Source: an uncultured Clostridia bacterium (GTDB taxonomy: Bacteria > Bacillota > Clostridia > TANB77 > CAG-508). From it: a DNA stretch of 64,000 nucleotides. Shown here piece by piece: positions 10,700-20,752 of the stretch. The stretch's first letter is position 1, and every line of letters starts with the position of its first letter. The translations under genes and the position numbers were made by a program. Under the pieces are notes generated by a model that saw only the letters and a program-made list of their open reading frames with translations, was not told the DNA's origin and did not search any database. The stretch covers positions 48,910 to 112,909 of the forward strand of contig CALXAV010000001.1 in assembly GCA_944386385.1 (NCBI GenBank), written 5' to 3'.

Positions 10700-11473
10700 A
10701 TGGCTAAAAGTAATAATAAAAAATTAAATAAAAAGAGAATTGTGATATTTATTCTACTACTAATACTTATTATATATTGGGGTATTAATTATTTAAAGAA
10801 TAATGATTTCTTTAATGAATTAAATAGTAATTTTGACTTTTCTAACATTGTGGGGTATAGAGTAATTAAATTAGATAAGAATCCTAATTATTCTGGTGTA
10901 GGACAAGAAAAAGTAAAAAATAAAGATGGATATTTTACAACATTTACAACTGAAGATAATTACAAAAAAATATACAAAGAATTTAAACAAAATGGTAATT
11001 CTTCGTGGGCAAACAATGAATATTGGAATGGTAGTATGGCTGAAAATGGTTGTGGAATAACTGTAATGTCAATTCTTTTAAGTGGATATGGTAAAGACTA
11101 TACTCCAGAGGATTTAAGAAAGATGTATTATCCAGTAATGGATTACGAAAAAATGGCTAGTGAATTATCTGAAACATTTGGGATAAAAAATTCTGATTTT
11201 TATTACGATTCAGAACATTTATCAAACAAATCCATAATCCAACATCTACAATCTAACAGACCAATTATTGTTTGTGTTTGGAATAATCCAAGTGATAATC
11301 GTTGGACTACTGCCTCACATTATATGCTACTTTTAGCAGCTGATAATGATAATATGGTTTATGTTTCAAATCCAAATGGTTTAGAAAATGATAGTAAAAG
11401 TTCTGGTTGGTATGATATTGATGAGATTACACCATACACAGCCAAAGCCTTATATATTGAAGATTACGAATAA
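10700..11473 (+). CDS. C39-like (papain-fold) cysteine peptidase domain protein, membrane-anchored
   Basis: N-terminal TM; NGCGITVMSILLSGYGKDYTPEDL resembles the C39 catalytic Cys region; His in TASHYMLL; terminator hairpin AGGAGGG..CCCTCCT at 11476-11500. Confidence 0.5.
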   Translation: MAKSNNKKLNKKRIVIFILLLILIIYWGINYLKNNDFFNELNSNFDFSNIVGYRVIKLDKNPNYSGVGQEKVKNKDGYFTTFTTEDNYKKIYKEFKQNGNSSWANNEYWNGSMAENGCGITVMSILLSGYGKDYTPEDLRKMYYPVMDYEKMASELSETFGIKNSDFYYDSEHLSNKSIIQHLQSNRPIIVCVWNNPSDNRWTTASHYMLLLAADNDNMVYVSNPNGLENDSKSSGWYDIDEITPYTAKALYIEDYE

Positions 11474-11560
11474 AAGGAGGGGTATTCCCTCCTAAAATTA
11501 TTTATCTAATAAATTATGTCTATTAAAGATTGTAATAATCATACTCTATTTCCAATATAA

Positions 11561-12916
11561 TTATTCTGGTAATTTAATTGTAAATAATATTCCATTTTGC
11601 GAGTTTTCTATTTTGTATGAAATATTATGATAATCAAAAATTGTTTTTACAATATATAACCCTAATCCACTTCCACCTGTATTTTTATTTCTTGATTTAT
11701 CTACTCTAAAAAATGGGTTAAATAATTGTTCTAAATCTTTATTTTCTATATGTATTCCTGTATTTTCTATTTTCACCTTATTATCTCTAAATTCTATAAA
11801 TACCTTTTCTTTTTTAGGAGAATACATTACTGCATTTCCTACAACATTTGATATTGCATTTTCAAGTAATCTTTCATCTCCTGTAAATTCGTAATCATCT
11901 TGAATATCTGTTATTATTTCTATTCCTTTATCTTCAGCAATACCTTGATATTTTCTATATGCCTTTTTTATAATATTTGTAAAATTAAGATTTTTCATGT
12001 TTAACTTAAAATTCTCATCTTTCATCATTGCAACAGATAAAATCTCTTTTATTAAATTTTCCATTTCATTTGCAACTTTTAGAGAATGTTTTAAATATTT
12101 TTTCTTATCTTTATATTCTCCAACCTCACAAATCATTCCTTCTAACTCACCTTTTATAATAGTAAGAGGTGTTTTTAATTCATGTGATACTGCTCTAAAA
12201 AATTCCGTTTGTAATTTTTCTCTTTCCTTTTCTTTTTCAATATCTTTTTGTAACTGTTTATTTGCGACTGTAAGCTCATTTAATGTTTCATTTAACCTTT
12301 TAGCCATTGTATCCAAATTATTTGCTAAAATTCCTATTTCATCAGTTCTAGATGTATTACATCTCCATGTCATATCTAATTTTGTTAATTTTTTAGAAAT
12401 ATAACTTATATCTATAACAGGTTTAGTAATTACTCTTGAAATAATTTGTGCAGAAATGATAGATATTAAGAATATTAGTAAAAGTATTGCAGGTGTAATC
12501 TTTAAAAATGTTACCATTATTTGATTTACTGTACCTTCTGAAACGGATAAGGATAATATATAGTTTTCATTTGAATCTATAAAAGTAACTCCACTTGAAA
12601 TCGTCTGTGTTGTTCCTTCTTCATTTGTTGCTTCTCCAAAACGATAAACTGTATCATTTCCTTTTAATTCTGCATTTGCACTATAATCTATACAAAAATT
12701 ATATATTTCATTGATTCCCTCTTCTAAACTCTCGCTTTCCAATTCAGATACTAAATTTTTTATTTCTTCAGTATAATTTGAAAGTGTAACACTTCTATAA
12801 TTGTTTGGCATGACTTTTATAACAATACCATACATAACGATTCCTAGAAGTATAAATACACATGTCATCATTAAAAATATTTTTATAGCTAAACTACTTT
12901 TTATCTTCTTTAACAA
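11561..12916 (-). CDS. sensor histidine kinase
   Basis: 2 TM with periplasmic loop, HAMP, HisKA (SHELKTPLT), HATPase_c (GGSGLGLYIV). Confidence 0.85.
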   Translation of the reverse strand: MLKKIKSSLAIKIFLMMTCVFILLGIVMYGIVIKVMPNNYRSVTLSNYTEEIKNLVSELESESLEEGINEIYNFCIDYSANAELKGNDTVYRFGEATNEEGTTQTISSGVTFIDSNENYILSLSVSEGTVNQIMVTFLKITPAILLLIFLISIISAQIISRVITKPVIDISYISKKLTKLDMTWRCNTSRTDEIGILANNLDTMAKRLNETLNELTVANKQLQKDIEKEKEREKLQTEFFRAVSHELKTPLTIIKGELEGMICEVGEYKDKKKYLKHSLKVANEMENLIKEILSVAMMKDENFKLNMKNLNFTNIIKKAYRKYQGIAEDKGIEIITDIQDDYEFTGDERLLENAISNVVGNAVMYSPKKEKVFIEFRDNKVKIENTGIHIENKDLEQLFNPFFRVDKSRNKNTGGSGLGLYIVKTIFDYHNISYKIENSQNGILFTIKLPE

Positions 12917-13583
12917 TTCTATATCCCACCCCTCTAACAGTTTCTATATAATCATATCCTAGTTTTTTGCGAATATTTTTAATGTGTGTATTTACTATCT
13001 TGTCATCTCCATAGTAATCATAGCTCCATATTGAATTTAAAATGTTATCTCTTGTAAATACTTTGCCTTGATTTTCCAAAAATAGCTTTAATATTTCATA
13101 TTCTCTATATGTTAATGGAATCTTTTTATTATCAACAAATACTTCGTAATTTTCTATATTTAAAACCATATTCTTATATTTCAAAATACCAACACTTTCT
13201 TTACTATTATCTGTTCTCCTTAAAATTGCTTCTATATGTTTTAATACAATTGGCATTGAAAAGGGCTTTGTTATATAATCATCTGCTAGTTTATCAAATC
13301 CTTTTAATTGACTTTCCTCATCTGTTAGTGCTGTTAAAATAATAATTGGTACATTACTATTCTTTCTAATCATTTCACATACTACAAAACCATCAATTTT
13401 AGGCATCATAATATCTAATAAAATTAAATCAAATTTGTTCTTTTGTATAATATTTATTCCATCTAACCCATCATCTGCTGTTTCTACTTTATATCCAGCA
13501 TTTTCTAAAAATGCTTTTATTATATTTTGTATGTCTTTTTCATCTTCTACTACTAATATTCTTTTCATTGTTTTTTCCTCCAA
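12894..13583 (-). CDS. OmpR-family response regulator
   Basis: receiver + winged helix (TVRGVGYRI); overlaps HK start. Confidence 0.9.
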   Translation of the reverse strand: MEEKTMKRILVVEDEKDIQNIIKAFLENAGYKVETADDGLDGINIIQKNKFDLILLDIMMPKIDGFVVCEMIRKNSNVPIIILTALTDEESQLKGFDKLADDYITKPFSMPIVLKHIEAILRRTDNSKESVGILKYKNMVLNIENYEVFVDNKKIPLTYREYEILKLFLENQGKVFTRDNILNSIWSYDYYGDDKIVNTHIKNIRKKLGYDYIETVRGVGYRIVKEDKK

Positions 13584-13637
13584 ATGTATTATATATCTTA
13601 ATTGTGTAGTTTTGGTGGAGTTTTGTAAAAAAAATCA

Positions 13638-13666
13638 AAAAGAGAACCACTATTTCTAATGATTCT
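13638..13666. repeat. hairpin repeat AGAGAAcCACTATTTCTAATGATTCTCT, terminator-like; second copy at 19858
   Basis: near-identical copy AGAGAATCACTATTTCTAATGATTCTCT at 19858-19886; both directly 3' of membrane-protein genes. Confidence 0.4.
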
Positions 13667-13687
13667 CTACACAATAAAATTATAAAT

Positions 13688-14467
13688 TTATCCAAGTGCA
13701 ACATCTAAAATCATCATTATAACAAAACCTATTGCAACACCGATAGTACCAATATTAGAATGTTCACCTACTTGTGATTCTGGTATCAATTCTTCAACAA
13801 CAACATAAATCATTGCTCCTGCTGCAAAAGATAATAAATATGGTAATATAGGTGTTACAATTCCTGTAAGAAGAATTGTGATTATTGCTCCTATTGGCTC
13901 TACAATTCCAGATAATGTACCATATAAAAATGCTTTTGGCTTTGACATCCCTTCATTTTTTAAAGGCATTGAAATTATTGCTCCCTCTGGAAAGTTTTGT
14001 ATTGCTATTCCTATTGATAATGCAAATGCACCTGCAAGAGTAATCGTTGTATTTTGTGCCAAAACTCCTGCAAATACAACTCCGACAGCCATTCCTTCTG
14101 GAATATTATGTAGGGTTACTGCAAGTACCATCATAGTTGTATTTTTTAATTTAGCTTTTATACCCTCTGGCTTTTTTGAATTTAAGTGCAAATGAGGTAT
14201 TATACTATCTAAAACTAACAAAAAGATAATTCCAAATAAAAATCCTATAGCAGCAGGAATCCATGATACTATTCCTTGTTCTTCTGCCATTTCTATTGAT
14301 GGTGTAATTAAAGACCAAATTGAGGCTGCTATCATTACTCCAGATGCAAATCCTAATAGCAACTTTTGTACTTTTGTGTTCATTTTATTTTTCATTAAAA
14401 ACACCATTGCAGAACCTAATGTAGTTCCTAAAAAAGGTATTAAAAGACCTATTGCAATATTCTCCAT
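13688..14467 (-). CDS. zupT: ZIP family metal (zinc) transporter
   Basis: 259 aa, 8 TM; HNIPEGMAVG and HSNIG ZIP signatures. Confidence 0.8.
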   Translation of the reverse strand: MENIAIGLLIPFLGTTLGSAMVFLMKNKMNTKVQKLLLGFASGVMIAASIWSLITPSIEMAEEQGIVSWIPAAIGFLFGIIFLLVLDSIIPHLHLNSKKPEGIKAKLKNTTMMVLAVTLHNIPEGMAVGVVFAGVLAQNTTITLAGAFALSIGIAIQNFPEGAIISMPLKNEGMSKPKAFLYGTLSGIVEPIGAIITILLTGIVTPILPYLLSFAAGAMIYVVVEELIPESQVGEHSNIGTIGVAIGFVIMMILDVALG

Positions 14468-14480
14468 ATCAAACTCCTAT

Positions 14481-16214
14481 CTAATTTAATTTCCATTCCA
14501 TAGATTCTTGTTGTTTATTAACCATATCTTTAAATATACTATTTTTTCCTAATAGTTCTTTTGGAGAGCCTTGTTCTTTAACAACTCCATCTTTTAATAG
14601 AACTATTTTATCTGCGTTTGTAACAGTTCTCATTCTATGTGCAATAATTAATACAGTTTTATTCTTTACTAATTTTGAAATAGCTTCCTGAATTTCAGTT
14701 TCATTTTCAGCATCTAATGATGCTGTTGCTTCATCTAATAAAATTACAGGAGAATTTTTTAAAATTGCTCTTGCTATAGATATTCTTTGTCTTTCTCCTC
14801 CAGATAAATTGCAACCATTTTCTCCAATATAAGTATTATATCCTTCTGGTAAGTTTTTAATAAATTCATCACATTTAGCTTGTTTAGCTGCTTTTATTAC
14901 TTCATCATCTGTTGCACCTTTTTTACCTATTCTAATATTTTCCATAACAGTATTATCAAATAAAGTTACATCTTGAAATACTATTGAATAATTATTTAGT
15001 AAAGTTTCTGGATCTATTTTGGATATATCTACTCCACCCAATAAAATTTTTCCTTTTGTAGCATCCCAAAATCTAGCACATAATTTTGATATAGTTGTTT
15101 TTCCTCCTCCTGATGGACCTACTAATGCTGTTACTTCTCCTTGTTTTGCTGTAAATGATACATTTTTTAATACTGTTTCACCTTTACTATATTCAAATTC
15201 TACATTTTTAAATTCTATATCATATCCATTTGTCTTTAATTTTTTACTTCCTTCTTGTAAAGGATAATCATAAAATTCGTTCATTCTTTCAATGTTTAAT
15301 TTTGAAGAAATAATTGCTGCTAAATTAACTAATGTGTTATTCATAGGCTCATATATTCTTGAAACTACTAATAAAAACATAAAAAATGTTAATACGGTTA
15401 TTTGATTGTTTAATAATAAATATGAACCAACTAATGCAACAGTTCCAATTCCAAATTTTAATAACAATGAAGAACTAATGACAAATATTGCTACACCTAA
15501 TTCAGCAAATATATTTTTCTTTTCTACTTTTTTTATTTTCTTTGTTAATCCCTCTAAATACCTATCTTCACTATTGTTTGCTTTTAAATCTCTTACTGTT
15601 TCAATACATTCTTGTATTCCTTCGGTACAATCAATTACTGCTTCGTTTTTCTTTCTTGTGAATATATTTTGTACTTTTCCAGATGTTCCGACAATTATTA
15701 GTGCTATTGGTAATACCCATAAAGCAGCTAAAGCCATTCTCCAATCGAAGAAAAATAAACTAATTGCAATAATACAAGTTGAAATAATAGAGCCATAAAA
15801 TTGAGGCATTATATGTGAAAAATTATGTTCTATTCTTTCACAATCTGTTAGTAACACACTTGTTAAGTCTGATAAATCTCTTTTTCCAAAGAAAGAAAGA
15901 GGTAACTTTCTTAATCTTTCAGCTAGTGATATTCTTCTTTTTCCACTTTCAATATATGTACTAAAAAATGTAGCATTATATTGAAAATAGTTACTTACAT
16001 AAAGCAAAACTAAAATTCCTACAATTCCTATTCCATATATATAGTAGTGTGAAACTGGTATTATTCCGTTTAATAAATCGCTTACTAATAAATACAATAA
16101 GCCAACTGGAATCATTAAAATTAAATCTGTTATCGTACAGCTTATTGTGGATTTAATAAAGTCTTTTGCTCCCTGCTCGGTCAAAGCATATTTCTTCATT
16201 AATTTTTCTATCAT
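14481..16214 (-). CDS. ABC exporter, fused permease/ATP-binding subunit (heterodimer partner)
   Basis: 6 TM + NBD with GPSGGGKTT, LSGGERQRISIARA, ILLDEATASLD. Confidence 0.85.
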   Translation of the reverse strand: MIEKLMKKYALTEQGAKDFIKSTISCTITDLILMIPVGLLYLLVSDLLNGIIPVSHYYIYGIGIVGILVLLYVSNYFQYNATFFSTYIESGKRRISLAERLRKLPLSFFGKRDLSDLTSVLLTDCERIEHNFSHIMPQFYGSIISTCIIAISLFFFDWRMALAALWVLPIALIIVGTSGKVQNIFTRKKNEAVIDCTEGIQECIETVRDLKANNSEDRYLEGLTKKIKKVEKKNIFAELGVAIFVISSSLLLKFGIGTVALVGSYLLLNNQITVLTFFMFLLVVSRIYEPMNNTLVNLAAIISSKLNIERMNEFYDYPLQEGSKKLKTNGYDIEFKNVEFEYSKGETVLKNVSFTAKQGEVTALVGPSGGGKTTISKLCARFWDATKGKILLGGVDISKIDPETLLNNYSIVFQDVTLFDNTVMENIRIGKKGATDDEVIKAAKQAKCDEFIKNLPEGYNTYIGENGCNLSGGERQRISIARAILKNSPVILLDEATASLDAENETEIQEAISKLVKNKTVLIIAHRMRTVTNADKIVLLKDGVVKEQGSPKELLGKNSIFKDMVNKQQESMEWKLN

Positions 16215-17983
16215 ACATTTTCACCTACTTTCCATGAAATTGAAGTTTGATAATTATCCCACATTTCTTTATATAATCCGTTTTTATTTAATAGTTCTTC
16301 GTGATTTCCTTCTTCTTCTATTTTTCCATTATTTAAAACATATATTTTATCTACATTTTTTATAGTAGATAATCTATGTGCTATCATTATTACTGTTTTA
16401 TTTTTTGATAATTCCTCAAATGCTTTTTGTACTTGTATTTCATTTTCTGGATCAGCAAATGCTGTTGCTTCATCTAAAATAACTATTTTTGAATCTTTAA
16501 GCATTATTCTTGCTATATTTATTCTTTGTTCTTCTCCTCCAGATAGATATACTCCTTTTGTTCCAATTACAGTATCTATTCCTTTTGGTAATTTTTTTAT
16601 TATATCATCACATTGTGCTAAATGTAGTGCGTGTAAAACTTCCACTTTTGTAGCCTCTGGTTTTGCCATTTTTACATTTTCATAAATACTTGTTTTTAGT
16701 AATTTACTATTCTGAAATACAAAAGATATTGTGTTCATAAGTTCTTTCTTTTCTATATCTTTTACATTAACATTACCAATTAGTATTTCTCCACTATCTA
16801 CATCATAAAATCTTGAAATAAGATTTGCAAGTGTTGATTTGCCACTACCAGAAGGTCCAACTAATGCTACTGTTTGATTTGGCTTTATTTTTAAAGATAT
16901 TCCATCAATAGCATTAGATTTGCTATTTTCATATTTGAATTTTACATTTTTTAATTCAATAGAATTATCTTTGATATTTACTTTATTTTCATTATTACTT
17001 AGTGGTTTAATATCTAAAATACTATGTATTCTCTGCAAACTATCAGCAACTAACATTTTATTTTCACTCATAAACATGACTTTACTTAATGTTGTACTAA
17101 TTACTGGAGTGAAAATAATATAGAATAATAGATTTAAGAAAAATGTTTGATCTATTGTTCCTCTACCTACTATTATTAAAGTAACTACTATTAGAAATGC
17201 AAATACACTATTTATAAAAGTTTGAAATTGTAGCATTGGTTTTCTTGCTTTTTTAGTGTATGAAATACAAAAATCGTCATAATTATCAATAGAACTTTTA
17301 AACTTTTTAAATGTATATACACTCTGTCCAAATGTTTTTACAACAGGCATACCTCTTACATACTCTACTGCTTGATTATTCATATCTTCTAATGAATCTT
17401 GATAGCTTTTCATATCATCTTGCATTGCTTTTCCAACCATTTTTGACATTGCTAAAAATCCTAAAACTGTTGGAATTAAACTTACTAATCCTAATTTCCA
17501 ATCAAATATAAACAATAAAGCAATCATACATATTGGGGTTGCTATTGCTACTGACATATCTGGTAATTGATGAGCTAAATATGTTTCTGTTGCCCCATTT
17601 GCTTCTGATACAATTTTTCTTAACTTTCCTGTACCAATATCATCTATTTTTCCAATTGGTAATTTAGTTATGTGTTTTAATAATTTTATTCTCATATTTG
17701 AGGCTATTCTAAATGCAGACAAGTGTGAACACATTAAAGCAGAAAAATTCACAATCATTGCAAGTAAAGCAAATATAACAGCCATCCAACCATTATGTAT
17801 CATATTAGTTGCATCTGCAAAATTTGGCATAACTTCTATGACCTCTTTTATGATAAGCCATATATAAATAAATGGTACTAATGCTAAAATTCCACTAATA
17901 GCACCTAAAACAAGTGATAAATATGTTAGCATTTTATACTTACCAGCATAAGACATTAATTCTTTAAAATTTTTGTTTTTCAA
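16211..17983 (-). CDS. ABC exporter, fused permease/ATP-binding subunit (heterodimer partner)
   Basis: 6 TM + NBD with GPSGSGKST, LSGGEEQRINIARI; 4-nt overlap with downstream partner. Confidence 0.85.
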   Translation of the reverse strand: MKNKNFKELMSYAGKYKMLTYLSLVLGAISGILALVPFIYIWLIIKEVIEVMPNFADATNMIHNGWMAVIFALLAMIVNFSALMCSHLSAFRIASNMRIKLLKHITKLPIGKIDDIGTGKLRKIVSEANGATETYLAHQLPDMSVAIATPICMIALLFIFDWKLGLVSLIPTVLGFLAMSKMVGKAMQDDMKSYQDSLEDMNNQAVEYVRGMPVVKTFGQSVYTFKKFKSSIDNYDDFCISYTKKARKPMLQFQTFINSVFAFLIVVTLIIVGRGTIDQTFFLNLLFYIIFTPVISTTLSKVMFMSENKMLVADSLQRIHSILDIKPLSNNENKVNIKDNSIELKNVKFKYENSKSNAIDGISLKIKPNQTVALVGPSGSGKSTLANLISRFYDVDSGEILIGNVNVKDIEKKELMNTISFVFQNSKLLKTSIYENVKMAKPEATKVEVLHALHLAQCDDIIKKLPKGIDTVIGTKGVYLSGGEEQRINIARIMLKDSKIVILDEATAFADPENEIQVQKAFEELSKNKTVIMIAHRLSTIKNVDKIYVLNNGKIEEEGNHEELLNKNGLYKEMWDNYQTSISWKVGENV

Positions 17984-18068
17984 AACTCTCCCTTCTTTCT
18001 ATATCCCCATTTTAAACACAAAAAATAGGTGTATTATTAAAATATCACCTATCTTTATATAACTTTTA

Positions 18069-19052
18069 TTATTTTATTTCTACCCCAAACAGTCTTTGAT
18101 GCTCCAAATGGACTTTTTGTTTTTTGTATTCTGTTGGTGTGCATCCCATTTTGTCTTTAAATACTTTCGCAAATTTGCTACTATTATCATATCCTACTAT
18201 TCCTGCAATTTCACTGATGCTTTTGTCTGTTTCTTCTAATAAATGTAATGCTCTATGTATTTTGTAATCTTTTAAATATGTATAAATTGGTTCTCCATAT
18301 ATTTCTTTGAAATATATTTTTAATGGTGTAGTTCCAATATTGTATTTTTTTGATAACATTTCTATTGTTATCTTTTTATCTAAATTGCTTATTAAAAAAT
18401 CATGTATCTTTTTAATTTTATCTACTTGTCCTTTTTCAATATATCTTTTCTTTTTATTTTCATTGTTCATTGGTATTGTTGTAAAAACTAAAAGCAGTTC
18501 TAAAATTTTTATTTGAGCATATAATTTATTTTCTTCTGGATTTATATAATATAGTTCATCAAATATATGGATCATCTCTTTTATTGGTTTTAAAATTATT
18601 CCCATATTATTATTTAATAATACTGTTTTTAATTCTTTTATATTATCAATAATTTGGCTAAACATTGGAGGAATATTTTTTTCTAGTTCTTCTATACTTA
18701 TTAAAAGTTCAATACCTTCATAATATCCTTTTGTAAATACTGCCTCTATTCTTTGAATTTTATTTATATTAGCTGAAATTTCACTTTCTCCTAAAAAAAG
18801 TAATTTATCTTCTGGCATAGTACATTCAAATATTCCTCTTTTACAATAATTAATTTCTACATAATCTCTTTCAATATCTTTACTACTTGTTGGAGAAATT
18901 TCAGTATTAAATTTATTATATATTAAATCTAATCCAGGAAATAAATGATAAAATGTCATTTGACTTAATTCTTTTCCATCGTACATAGTAAATATACTTT
19001 TGTATTTATCATTATATTTCATTTGCATTTGTTCTGGATATATTTCTTTCAT
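18069..19052 (-). CDS. AraC family transcriptional regulator
   Basis: C-terminal AraC HTH (ISEIAGIVGYDNSSKFAKVFKDKMGCTPTEYKK); hairpin AGGTG..CACCT at 18027-18055 downstream. Confidence 0.8.
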   Translation of the reverse strand: MKEIYPEQMQMKYNDKYKSIFTMYDGKELSQMTFYHLFPGLDLIYNKFNTEISPTSSKDIERDYVEINYCKRGIFECTMPEDKLLFLGESEISANINKIQRIEAVFTKGYYEGIELLISIEELEKNIPPMFSQIIDNIKELKTVLLNNNMGIILKPIKEMIHIFDELYYINPEENKLYAQIKILELLLVFTTIPMNNENKKKRYIEKGQVDKIKKIHDFLISNLDKKITIEMLSKKYNIGTTPLKIYFKEIYGEPIYTYLKDYKIHRALHLLEETDKSISEIAGIVGYDNSSKFAKVFKDKMGCTPTEYKKQKVHLEHQRLFGVEIK

Positions 19053-19070
19053 TTTCTAGCTCCTAACAAA

Positions 19071-19769
19071 TTATTCTTTTTCTTTTAGATAATAATGTCT
19101 AATTGGTTTTAAATCATTATCTAATTCATAGCAAATTGGATTTCCTGTTTGTAACTCTAATTTTATAATATCTTCATCACTTATATTGTCTAAATATTTA
19201 ATTAGCCCTCTTAAACTATTTCCATGTGCTGCTATAATTACTCTCTTTCCTTTTTCTATTTCAGGTTTAATATCTGTATTCCAATATTCTAAAACTCTTT
19301 TTATTGTATCTAATAAATTTTCTGTTTTAGGTAGTTCTTTCTCTGTTAAATCTTTATATTTTGGATCATTACCAGGATACCTTTCATCTGTTGTTTCCAA
19401 TTCTGGTGGTCTGACATCTGTACTTCTTCTCCATAATAATACTTGTTCAGCTCCATACTTTTCTCTTGTTTCATCTTTATTTAGTCCTTGTAATGCCCCA
19501 TAATGTCTTTCATTCAACTTCCAACTTCTTTTAATTTCTATATTTTCTTCTCCCATTTCTTTTAATATATAGTCTAAAGTGTCTTCCGCTCTTTTTAAAA
19601 CTGATGTAAAAGCAATATCAAAATGAAAATCTTTTTCTTTTAAGATTCTTCCAGCCTCTTTGGCTTCTTCGATTCCTTTTTCTGATAATGGTACATCGGT
19701 CCAACCAGTAAATTTATTTTCTAAATTCCAAACACTTTGTCCGTGTCTTACTAAAACTAATTTAATCAT
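19071..19769 (-). CDS. gpmA: 2,3-bisphosphoglycerate-dependent phosphoglycerate mutase
   Basis: [21 protein letters not shown]...RAEDT..; GGAGG RBS 8 nt before ATG at 19769 (ORF-track start at 19775 is a TTG). Confidence 0.9.
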   Translation of the reverse strand: MIKLVLVRHGQSVWNLENKFTGWTDVPLSEKGIEEAKEAGRILKEKDFHFDIAFTSVLKRAEDTLDYILKEMGEENIEIKRSWKLNERHYGALQGLNKDETREKYGAEQVLLWRRSTDVRPPELETTDERYPGNDPKYKDLTEKELPKTENLLDTIKRVLEYWNTDIKPEIEKGKRVIIAAHGNSLRGLIKYLDNISDEDIIKLELQTGNPICYELDNDLKPIRHYYLKEKE

Positions 19770-19857
19770 AAACAATACCTCCTATAACTTTTTTATTTTT
19801 TCTAACTAAAATATTATCATAATTAAATTCTTTTTTCAAATTTATTTAGAAGCTAAA

Positions 19858-19886
19858 AGAGAATCACTATTTCTAATGATTCTCTC
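19858..19886. repeat. hairpin repeat AGAGAATCA-ctatttcta-TGATTCTCT (perfect 9-bp stem), copy of element at 13638
   Basis: seen directly; between stop of 19945..20619 and gpmA. Confidence 0.4.
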
Positions 19887-19907
19887 TCGAAAATAAAAGG
19901 GGATGTT

Positions 19908-19938
19908 TTGTGTGCTAATTGCTTCATCTACAATTAGC
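19908..19938. promoter_or_regulatory. 10-bp inverted repeat GTGCTAATTG-N9-CAATTAGCAC (operator-like); second copy at 20716
   Basis: near-identical palindrome TGTGCTAACTG-N9-CAATTAGCACA at 20716-20746; both preceded by GGATGT. Confidence 0.4.
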
Positions 19939-19944
19939 ACTATA

Positions 19945-20619
19945 CTAATTTACGGTTTTGGCATTTGAATATATTTGCTCTAACTTTTCATCTGGATAAT
20001 ACTCATCAAAAAAATTATCTATATATCCATTAGCTGCAATATTATTTTTTCTTTCTAATTGTCTTGATCCAGCCATACCTGACATTACTATATCAAATGT
20101 TATAAACAATACTAAAAAAGCTGTTATATATCTAAAATTTGTATTTTTACACCATTCATTTAAGTTACGGATAAGTGGTAATATAAATCTTACAAAAAGA
20201 ACTCCACCTATTCCCCAATATAAACAATGTAATAAACTTGTTCTTCCATGTATATTAAATAATAAATTGCTATAATCCCAAGATATTGTTCCAAACCAAG
20301 TTTCTTGTAAATAAGAAAATAGATATTCTACTATTCCTCCAAGCAACATTGTTATAAAAAATATTTTTATATAGCTTTTCTTTTTTATATTTGAGATAAC
20401 TAAATAATAAGCAACAAGTCCTACTCCATATACTTGTATGAACGGTCCAAATAATAAACCTTGTCTTGATACAAAATGTCCGTTTTGTACTAAACCGACA
20501 ATCATTTCTATACCATAGCCTAATATACTACCTATTAAAAATATCCAAAATATTTTTGTTAGCTTTTGTATTATTTTTTCTTTATCTATTATCATAATTG
20601 AATTGCTTGTTTCTTCCAT
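19945..20619 (-). CDS. multi-TM membrane protein (PF06541-like), paralog of 763..1311
   Basis: 224 aa; FVSRQGLLFGPFIQVYGVG and WDYS motifs shared with 763..1311. Confidence 0.55.
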   Translation of the reverse strand: MEETSNSIMIIDKEKIIQKLTKIFWIFLIGSILGYGIEMIVGLVQNGHFVSRQGLLFGPFIQVYGVGLVAYYLVISNIKKKSYIKIFFITMLLGGIVEYLFSYLQETWFGTISWDYSNLLFNIHGRTSLLHCLYWGIGGVLFVRFILPLIRNLNEWCKNTNFRYITAFLVLFITFDIVMSGMAGSRQLERKNNIAANGYIDNFFDEYYPDEKLEQIYSNAKTVN

Positions 20620-20715
20620 ACTCCAAATTTTTCTCCTCTTTATCTATTATAAATTACAATTCTTATGATTCTTTTTATTAATTCTTAATTTTTTATAAAT
20701 TTTAATAGAGGATGT

Positions 20716-20746
20716 CTGTGCTAACTGTTTCTCTACAATTAGCACA
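20716..20746. promoter_or_regulatory. inverted repeat GTGCTAACTG-N9-CAATTAGCAC ~100 bp upstream of 19945..20619
   Basis: seen directly; copy of 19908 element. Confidence 0.4.
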
Positions 20747-20752
20747 GCTATT

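Noticed and set aside
19767-19775. ORF-track start of gpmA as MFM at 19775
   Set aside because: Codon at 19773-19775 is TTG. The ATG at 19769 with a GGAGG RBS 8 nt upstream gives the conserved [13 protein letters not shown]-terminus.
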